42,658 nucleotides of DNA, from the NCBI GenBank assembly GCA_964596415.1, contig CAZQSX010000005.1:1-42658 (forward strand), read 5' to 3'. The notes beneath the pieces were generated by a model. The model worked only from the letters and a program-made list of their open reading frames with translations. It searched no databases and had not been told where the DNA came from. Source of the stretch: an uncultured Gammaproteobacteria bacterium (GTDB taxonomy: Bacteria > Patescibacteriota > Microgenomatia > Levybacterales > GWA1-39-11). Within the stretch, counting starts at the first letter, position 1, and every line of letters starts with the position of its first letter. Shown here piece by piece: positions 25,939 to 33,949 of the stretch. The position numbers and the translations under genes are program-made.

Positions 25939-26772
25939 CTACTTATTAAAGAAGGTAACTGCTTGTCTTGCTAAATCTTGCGAGGCAGCTGTAATCACGG
26001 GAACATGTTCTTCTACTCCAAATTTTAAATAATATTCGTCATCCAAAGGTTTTCCGTCTAGACCTACCATTACGCCGCCTGCTTCAGTAATTAAGGGATA
26101 TGCAGTTGCAATCTCTAAACTTCCCTTTCTCGTGCATTCAAGCGTTAAGTCTGCAGCACCCATTGAGGTATCAGTATAGTGAAAAGATGAACATAGCTTG
26201 TAATCCATAACATTATATCCACTTAATTTGCTTGTAAAAACTTCATTATTTTTATCCCAATATTCATCAATATGAATTCTTGTTGTTGCAGTTAAGTCAT
26301 TTTCGCCAGAGGTGTGAATTCTTTTTTTGTCTCCTGTTTTCAAATCTATAACCCACGCTCCTTCACCTTTTACACCATAAAATAATCTTTTTGTAGCATG
26401 TTCCATTATTCCACCGAAAACATAATCTTTGTATTGTGGATTGACACCTTCATAAATGCCAAGCATTGTTCCATATCTTCCAACACCCCATTCACTTCTA
26501 TACCAACTAGAACCATCTATTCCATCTAAAACTCCTAATAAGTTTGGTTCTTCTGTTATTTTAACTTCTCCATGTTCCTCCGAGTGGATAACCGCAGGTA
26601 AATTATATTCTTTTAAAACCTTCAAAACTGCCTCTTCAGCTTCATAGTCACCTCTCATAGCTATATCACCAAATTGATTCTTTTGTAGGTCTTCTTTTCC
26701 ACCTTCACCTAGAGAATTGTGAATTTCAAAAGATGCTTGAAGTGCTTCAATACCTATTCTTTCAATATTCAT
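25939..26772 (-). CDS. inositol monophosphatase / FBPase-family phosphatase
   Basis: 277 aa. HSEEHGE (metal-binding EE), LDGIDGS (DPxDGT-like) and ITEAGG (WDxAAG-like). TGATATAAT (minus strand, 26779-26787) lies 6 nt before the ATG. Confidence 0.65.
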   Translation of the reverse strand: MNIERIGIEALQASFEIHNSLGEGGKEDLQKNQFGDIAMRGDYEAEEAVLKVLKEYNLPAVIHSEEHGEVKITEEPNLLGVLDGIDGSSWYRSEWGVGRYGTMLGIYEGVNPQYKDYVFGGIMEHATKRLFYGVKGEGAWVIDLKTGDKKRIHTSGENDLTATTRIHIDEYWDKNNEVFTSKLSGYNVMDYKLCSSFHYTDTSMGAADLTLECTRKGSLEIATAYPLITEAGGVMVGLDGKPLDDEYYLKFGVEEHVPVITAASQDLARQAVTFFNK

Positions 26773-26895
26773 AGTCAGATTATATCACTGTAACAATTCT
26801 ATTACCTACTGGGGGAAAGATTAGGTTTGAAATCCTAGCCCTGAGACATCTTTGGAAAATAAACGATATAAGTTTACAAGCTCAGGTATAACCAA

Positions 26896-26922
26896 ATTCC
26901 GTGCCGTCGCACGATGGCTCAC
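26896..26922 (+). repeat. degenerate tRNA-Glu 3'-end copy with the same 12-nt insert (core B)
   Basis: ATTCCGTG-CCGTCGCACGAT-GGCTCAC. It matches core A at 24 of 27 positions, and similarity extends about 100 nt upstream. Confidence 0.6.
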
Positions 26923-26963
26923 AGTAATTTGACACGTCCCGTAATGCGTGAAATACTAGATAG

Positions 26964-27680
26964 GTGGAAGAAAATAGTCAGAATCTAAACCAACCTCAGG
27001 TTCAAAACCCAATTCAAGAACCATCTCCAATTTCTCCACCAAATCCCGCTTCTAATAAATCCAGGTTAAAACTACCGATTATAATCGCAGGGATTGTTAT
27101 TTTTTTGATTATCATTGGCACAGCATCTGCCGCTCTTTTCCTTCCTAAATCAAACACGAGTACACCAATAGAAACAGAGGTAATAGTATCACCTCAACCG
27201 ACAGTAGTAGAAATAATCGCTACTTCAGCACCCTTATTGAGCTCCACGCCTACCTCACCCGTACCGACTTTTGATCCCACTTCAAGTTGGAAAATATATA
27301 CATCACCAAAATTTAGTTTTAAGTATCCTCCCACGCTTTATATTCAGGAACCTGACAAAGACTTTTTCGTTTTAACAAAAGCTGCGAATACACCAGCAAA
27401 TCTTGCAGAGTTCTCAGTTGATGCCCGTTTATCTGGTAACTATTCAAGCTACACCACTGCTGTAGAAAAAACAAAAGAAGGATTAACTAATATAACTACA
27501 GAAGCACTTCCGTACGGTATTAAGATTAAGGGGAAAGTGGGTCCAGGATATGGGGAGGGTACGTCAATTATAATTGCACTTCTGAAATATAACCAAAGTG
27601 CAATATCCTTTGAAACTAGTACAAATCCATTACAGGAGTCCCTCTTTAACCAAATCCTTTCTACCTTCAAAATAAACTGA
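26964..27680 (+). CDS. hypothetical membrane-anchored exported protein
   Basis: 238 aa with a GTG start. Pro/Gln-rich N-terminus and one TM helix. No family recognised. Confidence 0.55.
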   Translation: MEENSQNLNQPQVQNPIQEPSPISPPNPASNKSRLKLPIIIAGIVIFLIIIGTASAALFLPKSNTSTPIETEVIVSPQPTVVEIIATSAPLLSSTPTSPVPTFDPTSSWKIYTSPKFSFKYPPTLYIQEPDKDFFVLTKAANTPANLAEFSVDARLSGNYSSYTTAVEKTKEGLTNITTEALPYGIKIKGKVGPGYGEGTSIIIALLKYNQSAISFETSTNPLQESLFNQILSTFKIN

Positions 27681-27900
27681 TTCTAATTCCTAATGGTAGT
27701 TAGTCAATAGATTGAACTGAGGTCAGGTTGTAATATCTGCTCCCATTGTTCCAAAAAGCTTCGAATCTGGTTCTGCCACAAGGGCACTACCCATTGCATG
27801 GGGTCGTTTTCAAAAACATTCGAGTTGCAGTTCTTTTGTCAGGGTTTTGTCCATAAAAAATCAAGCGTCTCATTCTCTTTCACCTTATACTAATTTTCTT

Positions 27901-28320
27901 ATGACAAGCGTAGAGATGAGTAACTCTTCAGATTTAAGGATTGTAACTAAAAGTTGCTTGCAAGAAGAATTACTAAATATGCCGCATTTACCTGAAGGAT
28001 CAAAGGGTATGATGACAGCTCTTTTTAATGGAAAAACTCAAGCAACTGATGGAGATACCTTTGTTACGTTTAAAGATCCAAGCGGAGGTTTTTTTACGGT
28101 AGATGTTAATGGGGGAGGAGACTTGCTTGTTGCGTGGCATGAGAAAAACGCAATGGAAAAAGGTTCTGTAGAGGCAATATCTGTCGGGGTAAAAGGACAT
28201 GCACTATACAGAAGACACGCTGGAGAAAATGATGGAAGAGCATTTGACACTTTTAAAATAGGAGAAGAGGCAATCCCTCTTATTAATTCATTTCGGGATA
28301 GAAGATTACATCATACATAA
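27901..28320 (+). CDS. hypothetical protein (139 aa)
   Basis: ORF 27847..28320 (TTG). ATG 27901 is preferred because TATACT (27886-27891) lies 9 nt upstream. Confidence 0.5.
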   Translation: MTSVEMSNSSDLRIVTKSCLQEELLNMPHLPEGSKGMMTALFNGKTQATDGDTFVTFKDPSGGFFTVDVNGGGDLLVAWHEKNAMEKGSVEAISVGVKGHALYRRHAGENDGRAFDTFKIGEEAIPLINSFRDRRLHHT

Positions 28321-28348
28321 GCGAGTTTTTTAAAAAACATGATATGAT

Positions 28349-29986
28349 ATGCGTATGTTTCTTCTTCGACTTTTGAGAAATAAAACGTTTCTTATTCTGG
28401 GTTTTTTAATTTTCTTAGGATTTATTCTCAGATTATACTCTTTTTCTTCAATAACATTTGGGTATGACCAAGCACGGGATTTGTTTATTGCAGAAAGTAT
28501 TTGGCAAGGAGATCTGAAGATACTTGGTCCAAATTCTGACATTCACGGACTCTCTCACGGTGTTTTATACTGGTATCTTATTTCTCCTTTTTACTATTTT
28601 TCAGCTGGGAATATTTTTGCTGTAAAGCTATTTCTAGTTATTCTTGGATTGTCTGCTATCCCACTAACATATATTCTAACTCAAAAAATATTTTCTAATA
28701 AAACAATTTCATACACTTCTGCATTTTTAGTTGCTGTTTCATTTGAAGCAATTCAGTATAGCCATTGGTTATCAAATCCAACACCAGCGTTTATAACAAT
28801 TCTTCTATCATTTTTGTTTTTATGGATGTATGTGAAAGAAAATTTCAGATATGGTCTCTTTTTAACCGCATTTTTTTGGGGACTTTCAGTGCAATTTGAA
28901 ATTTTTCTTCTCTATCAAGCCGCAGTATTTTTTATCATTTTAATTGTCTTCAAAAAAACTAAAATAAAAGATATAGTTGTTTCTGGTCTTATTTTTTTCT
29001 TCACAATTTCACCTCTGATTCTTGCTGAAGTTAAATTCGGCTTTCATGGTACTCGGGGGATTTTGTCATTTTTTACTGGGTACGCAGGGGAGCGAGGGCA
29101 AACTTTTTCTGAGATGTTCACAAGGGCAAAGGAAAAATTATTTATCATTCCATTTTATAATTTGATTTCAAGCTCAGGTTTTGCGTTTGTATTAATGAGC
29201 ATTTTTTTAATGGCTTCTTTCATTTATGCTTTTGTTTTAAGAGATAAAAGAGTATTATTTTTGTTTCTTTGGTTTATATTTCCAGTACTTTTATTTTTTG
29301 CCGGTGGAACAAATATTTATTTTGTATTTATTGGTTGTGCAATTCCATTTCTTATTTTAAGTGCATTTTATTTAGATCACATTTTAGTGAAACCAAAAGC
29401 TTATCTAGCATTTGCTGTTTTAATTACTGTTTTTTTTGGTTCCAATATGTTTTTGCTAAATGAAAATGCAGGGAAAGGAGAAATACTTTTTTCAGTCCAA
29501 AAAGATATGGTATATGACACTCAAACAAAGATTGTTGATTGGATATACCAGGAATCTTATGGAAAACCATTTCGGATAAATACCATTACAAATCCATTGT
29601 TTGTAAATACGACCTGGAGTTTTCTGTTTGACACATATGCAAGAAGAACCTATGGATATATGCCGTTTTATTGGGGGTATCCCCAAGATGGTCAGTTTGG
29701 AGAAGAGGTTTTATATAGCAAAGATTTCAAAAATTCAAATAAGCTTATTTTTTTAATTCATGAGCCAAGCGGAGGAATTCCTGATTTTTATAAAAATGGA
29801 ATTATTAAGTTTGAAGATAGTAGGTCGAAGGTTGTAAAGTCTCAAAAATTCGGCGAATTTTTAGTTGAAAAACGTTTAATAACTGCTGATAAACCATTTC
29901 TTAAGCAGGAAATAGATGAGAGCATTAAAACGCTGGATTTGCGGGATGTGAAGCTTGAGGGTTTAGATGAGAAGACATCTTTTTAA
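28349..29986 (+). CDS. GT-C-fold membrane glycosyltransferase (ArnT/PMT-like)
   Basis: 545 aa, more than 10 TM helices. First-loop acidic motif FGYDQARD, soluble C-terminal domain. ATG 28355 is an alternative start, 6 nt after TATGAT. Confidence 0.6.
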   Translation: MRMFLLRLLRNKTFLILGFLIFLGFILRLYSFSSITFGYDQARDLFIAESIWQGDLKILGPNSDIHGLSHGVLYWYLISPFYYFSAGNIFAVKLFLVILGLSAIPLTYILTQKIFSNKTISYTSAFLVAVSFEAIQYSHWLSNPTPAFITILLSFLFLWMYVKENFRYGLFLTAFFWGLSVQFEIFLLYQAAVFFIILIVFKKTKIKDIVVSGLIFFFTISPLILAEVKFGFHGTRGILSFFTGYAGERGQTFSEMFTRAKEKLFIIPFYNLISSSGFAFVLMSIFLMASFIYAFVLRDKRVLFLFLWFIFPVLLFFAGGTNIYFVFIGCAIPFLILSAFYLDHILVKPKAYLAFAVLITVFFGSNMFLLNENAGKGEILFSVQKDMVYDTQTKIVDWIYQESYGKPFRINTITNPLFVNTTWSFLFDTYARRTYGYMPFYWGYPQDGQFGEEVLYSKDFKNSNKLIFLIHEPSGGIPDFYKNGIIKFEDSRSKVVKSQKFGEFLVEKRLITADKPFLKQEIDESIKTLDLRDVKLEGLDEKTSF

Positions 29987-30875
29987 GCATTCTTGGAACT
30001 TGGATTGTTTCATAATTTTTTCTGCATTCTTCACTACAAAACGCGAATCCAGTGTCTTTATCTTTGCAATTCTCACAACAGATATAATGAAGATGGCACT
30101 GATCAAATTCGCAGTTCACATATGAATCACAAGATGCGCTGCAATGCATACATACCCCAACAACTTCATCTTTCCCAAACCCAACAGTGAGTCTATTATC
30201 AAATACATATAATTTTCCTTTAAAATAAGTGTTGGGATAGTTTTCCATATATGTTTGGATGCCATCTTTTAATTGGTAAACATCTGTGAATCCATTTTCA
30301 ACCAGTACCCCTGACGCCTTTTCGCATCTCACACCCCCAGTACAAACGGTTACAACAGTTTTATTTTTTAAATGTGCAAGTTTTGGGAGCACATCTTTTA
30401 GGTCATAAAAATTTCTAAGTCCAGATGGTATAAACCCTTCAAAAAACCCTGATGTATATTCATAGTCATTTCTCATATCTACTATGTAAAATTCACGTTT
30501 TTTCTCAAACCAATTATGTAATTCGTCTGATGATAAATATTTTCCTGTGATTTTTTGGGGATTTAAGTCAGGAAAGCCTGAGGTAACAATCTCTGGTCTT
30601 ACTTTTACTTTTAATTTAGGAAAAGCCGAACCATTTCCTTCACTTTTTTTATAAGAAATATCCTGAAAGAGTTTTGTTTTTTGCATTTCCTGAATATATT
30701 TTTCTGTATTTTCAAATGTTCCCTCAAGTGTTCCATTGATTCCTTCGTTTGCAAGTATGATTCTGCCTTTTAACTGAAGCTTTTCGCAAAGTTTTTTCTG
30801 AAGGTTCATTTCTGCTTTTGGATTTGGAACAATCACGTACTTATAATATAGTAGGATTTGATGCGTTTTATTCAT
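29925..30875 (-). CDS. trhO: rhodanese-domain tRNA uridine(34) hydroxylase (UPF0176/YceA family)
   Basis: 316 aa. ILLYYKY, EGINGTLEG, rhodanese active-site loop CTGGVRCEKAS, Cys-rich C-terminus. Confidence 0.8.
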   Translation of the reverse strand: MNKTHQILLYYKYVIVPNPKAEMNLQKKLCEKLQLKGRIILANEGINGTLEGTFENTEKYIQEMQKTKLFQDISYKKSEGNGSAFPKLKVKVRPEIVTSGFPDLNPQKITGKYLSSDELHNWFEKKREFYIVDMRNDYEYTSGFFEGFIPSGLRNFYDLKDVLPKLAHLKNKTVVTVCTGGVRCEKASGVLVENGFTDVYQLKDGIQTYMENYPNTYFKGKLYVFDNRLTVGFGKDEVVGVCMHCSASCDSYVNCEFDQCHLHYICCENCKDKDTGFAFCSEECRKNYETIQVPRMLKKMSSHLNPQASHPANPAF

Positions 30876-30940
30876 AGATCATATTATATCATGAAGCAAT
30901 CAATCTTTTAAAAAACATTGAATTGATATACAATAACTGT

Positions 30941-31693
30941 ATGATGTTATCTGTTGTCATCCCTTCCTATAATGAAATGGCAAACCTGAGAAAAGGTACT
31001 TTGGATCGTGTTCAGAAATATTTAGATAAGAAAAAATTTGAATATGAAGTGATAGTAGTTGATGATGGTTCAAATGATGGGAGTCTTGAATTTGTCAAAA
31101 ATTTTATTAAAGAATCAAAAGAGTTTAAGTTGATTCAGAATTCTCATACGGGAAAAGCTGGTGCAGTTACCGCGGGTATGTTAGGAAGTAAAGGAGACTA
31201 TGTATTATTTATGGATATGGATCAAGCCACACCGATTGAGGAAATAGGAAAGCTTCTTCCTTATGCAAAAGATTTTGATATCGTGATTGGCTCAAGAAAC
31301 ACCACCAGAAAAGGAGCTCCATTTACTCGTAAGATTATGGGAACCGGAATGATTGTTTTGAGAACTTTTTTAGTCGGGCTTCCCAGTATTAAAGATACTC
31401 AATGTGGATTTAAGTTATTTTCTAAAAAATCTTCGAAAAAAATATTTTCTCAAATTAAAGAAATTCATCATGGTTTTAAGTCAATAACTCGCTCATCAGT
31501 TACTGCAGGGTTTGATGTGGAGCTGTTATACCTTGCTGCAAAGGATGGTTTTCAGATTAAAGAAGTTCCTGTTGATTGGTTATATGTTGAAACAAGAAGG
31601 GTAAGTCCGATAAAGGATTCAATAGATGGTTTACTTGATTTGATGCGTATTAGAAAAAATATTATGCGTGGTGTTTATTCAAAACATGCTTAA
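30941..31693 (+). CDS. GT2 polyprenyl-phosphate glycosyltransferase (DPM1/ArnC/GtrB-like)
   Basis: LSVVIPSYNE, VIVVDDGSNDGS and the DxD motif in FMDMDQATP. Start at ATG 30941, 6 nt after TACAAT (30929-30934). Confidence 0.85.
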   Translation: MMLSVVIPSYNEMANLRKGTLDRVQKYLDKKKFEYEVIVVDDGSNDGSLEFVKNFIKESKEFKLIQNSHTGKAGAVTAGMLGSKGDYVLFMDMDQATPIEEIGKLLPYAKDFDIVIGSRNTTRKGAPFTRKIMGTGMIVLRTFLVGLPSIKDTQCGFKLFSKKSSKKIFSQIKEIHHGFKSITRSSVTAGFDVELLYLAAKDGFQIKEVPVDWLYVETRRVSPIKDSIDGLLDLMRIRKNIMRGVYSKHA

Positions 31694-32852
31694 AAATATC
31701 ATCACCTTTCTTTGGATACTTATTTTTGGATTCCTATTTTTATATTCATTTACTCAAGTTGATCTTGGGCTTACCTTGAATAGATCTTCTATTATTACTG
31801 AAGTTCAAAAGTCCTTTCAATATATCGGATATTTTAATAGACCTCTTTCAGCACTTTTAGCATCAAGTATTTTTATACTTCTTTTTACCATGTATTGCTT
31901 AACATTGTGGCTTGTTTTGAATAAGAAAATAACATTAAAACCCGTGTGCTTTATTATTTTCTTTGGTGCATTCGTTTTACTTTTTTCATACAACGCGTTT
32001 TCATACGACTTTTTTAATTATATGTTTGATGCAAAAATAGTTACAGAGTATGGGCAGAACCCTTATCTAAAAAAAGCGTTGGATTTTCCTGGTGATCCAT
32101 ATCTTGGTTTTATGCACTGGACACATAGGACGTATCCGTATGGCCCAGTTTGGCTTGGTATTACGGTTCCGTTGTCTCTTATAGGATCTCAAGTTTTTAT
32201 TATTACCTATTATCTTTTTAAGGCGCTGATGGTGGGAGCGTATCTTTTGTGCTCATTTTTAGTATATAAAATAGCAAAAAAAACAAAAATAACTGATCCT
32301 CTTTTTGCCTTGACATTCTTTGCTCTAAATCCACTTGTTGTTATTGAAGGTTTGGTTTCAGCGCATCATGATTTAACAATGATGGCTCTTGCCCTTGCCG
32401 CAATGTACCTATTGATTACCAAGAAGAATATTTCATCATGGGTAGTTTTTCTTCTTTCTGTAGGAATTAAATTTGCAACCATTGTGCTATTGCCTCTTTT
32501 TCTTTGGTATCCTTTTTCAAAGCGGAAAAATAAAGATGAGATATTATTTATGGGAAGTGTAATGCTCATGATAGTTGCAGTTGTTTTAGCATCTTTCAGG
32601 ACTACATTTCAGCCATGGTATTTATTATTTGTTCTACCTTTTGCAGCGCTTATTTCTAAAAAAGCTTTTGTTTTTATTCCAAGCGTAGTTATTTCTTTTC
32701 TTGTGTTGTTTCAGTACGTTCCATTTCTTTACACGGGTAATTTTGATCTACCCATACCACTTTTAATGCAGGAGATGCTTATAGTTTCTGTTTCCTCCGG
32801 GATTATTCTTGCGATTGGTTTTCAAATCTTAAAAAAAGTGCACAAAACATGA
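31686..32852 (+). CDS. polytopic membrane protein, probable GT-C glycosyltransferase (DUF2029-like)
   Basis: About 388 aa, more than 9 TM helices. Loop sequence YDFFNYMFDAKIVTEYGQNPY. ATG 31686 overlaps the GT2 stop by 8 nt. Confidence 0.45.
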   Translation: MLKNIITFLWILIFGFLFLYSFTQVDLGLTLNRSSIITEVQKSFQYIGYFNRPLSALLASSIFILLFTMYCLTLWLVLNKKITLKPVCFIIFFGAFVLLFSYNAFSYDFFNYMFDAKIVTEYGQNPYLKKALDFPGDPYLGFMHWTHRTYPYGPVWLGITVPLSLIGSQVFIITYYLFKALMVGAYLLCSFLVYKIAKKTKITDPLFALTFFALNPLVVIEGLVSAHHDLTMMALALAAMYLLITKKNISSWVVFLLSVGIKFATIVLLPLFLWYPFSKRKNKDEILFMGSVMLMIVAVVLASFRTTFQPWYLLFVLPFAALISKKAFVFIPSVVISFLVLFQYVPFLYTGNFDLPIPLLMQEMLIVSVSSGIILAIGFQILKKVHKT

Positions 32853-33949
32853 AAACAATTAAGAAATATTTGCTTCCCATTCTTTTTTCCCTTTTTATAT
32901 TTCATATTGTTGTTCGTATTTTTATATATCTTCCAGAATACACAACACCTTTTGATGAATTGTACTGGGAGGATAGATATAACGCTTCTCAGTGGGTTAT
33001 ACCAGAGTCAAAAAATTCTATTGGCGATGATGGTCTGTACGCTTATGCGGGATGGGTTTATATTCATGGTGCAGATCCAACATTGTTAAACGCAGAAATA
33101 CCTCCGCTTTCAAAATACATAATTGGAGCAGGAGAGGTTATTTTTGATAATCAAAACGTTTTAATACTTATCATTGGGCTTTTGTGCCTTCTGATGTTTT
33201 ATGCGTTAAATTTAAAAATTTTTAAGTCCAAGCTTTTAGCATTTATTCCTGTATTTTTGTTTTCATTTGATCCTCTTTTTTATTCGCAGCTTCGGGCGCC
33301 ATACTTAGATACTATATATCTTCTTTTTTTGCTCCTCACGCTATATTTTGCGTTGGCTAAGAAATATTTTTTTGCAACTTTTTTTCTTGGATGTTTTGCA
33401 TCTACCAAATTTCCTGCGGGTTCTTTATTCTTAGCTTTTTCAGTTTTTGCTTGGGTATACGCGTCTGACAGGGAGAATATTAAAAAGTTTTTAGTTGCAT
33501 TGATTCTTTGGCCAGCTGTCTTTTTGTTTTCATATGCTGCATATTTCCTGCATGGTGGAAGCGTTTTTGGTTTTCTTGGTGTCCAAAAGTGGATTATTCA
33601 TTTCTACGCGACTGGAGTTAATAGTGTTCCTGGTATAGTATATCCGCTTATATTATTTGCAGCGTGGAACACTTGGTTTCAGGGTTTTCAAAAAGTTACG
33701 GAGTGGACAGTTCTTTGGCCAGCTACATTTATTCTTTCAATTTTTTCAGCAGTTTTAATTATAAAAACGTATGTAAAAGGGGAAAGAAAAGAGATTGCGC
33801 CTATTTTGCTCATACTTTTGTGGTCGGTTTCCTATTTGGTGTTTCTTTCGTTTACTCCAGTATTTCCTCGTTATCTGTTGCTTTTGCTTCCATTCATGTA
33901 TAATTTAACTGTATGGTTTTTAAAAACATTCCTCTTAAAGGACTTTTAA
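32849..33949 (+). CDS. polytopic membrane protein, probable GT-C glycosyltransferase
   Basis: 366 aa. Acidic first loop PFDELYWEDRY. ATGA overlap with the upstream stop. Confidence 0.45.
   Translation: MKTIKKYLLPILFSLFIFHIVVRIFIYLPEYTTPFDELYWEDRYNASQWVIPESKNSIGDDGLYAYAGWVYIHGADPTLLNAEIPPLSKYIIGAGEVIFDNQNVLILIIGLLCLLMFYALNLKIFKSKLLAFIPVFLFSFDPLFYSQLRAPYLDTIYLLFLLLTLYFALAKKYFFATFFLGCFASTKFPAGSLFLAFSVFAWVYASDRENIKKFLVALILWPAVFLFSYAAYFLHGGSVFGFLGVQKWIIHFYATGVNSVPGIVYPLILFAAWNTWFQGFQKVTEWTVLWPATFILSIFSAVLIIKTYVKGERKEIAPILLILLWSVSYLVFLSFTPVFPRYLLLLLPFMYNLTVWFLKTFLLKDF

Noticed and set aside
27681-27846. Full third copy of the ~125-nt module before the 139-aa orphan gene
   Set aside because: Only short pieces match (AAGCT, TTC.TGCC, GCAC, TGGGGTC). 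This is too little to call homology by eye, so it is kept only as a weak boundary candidate in the cassette finding.
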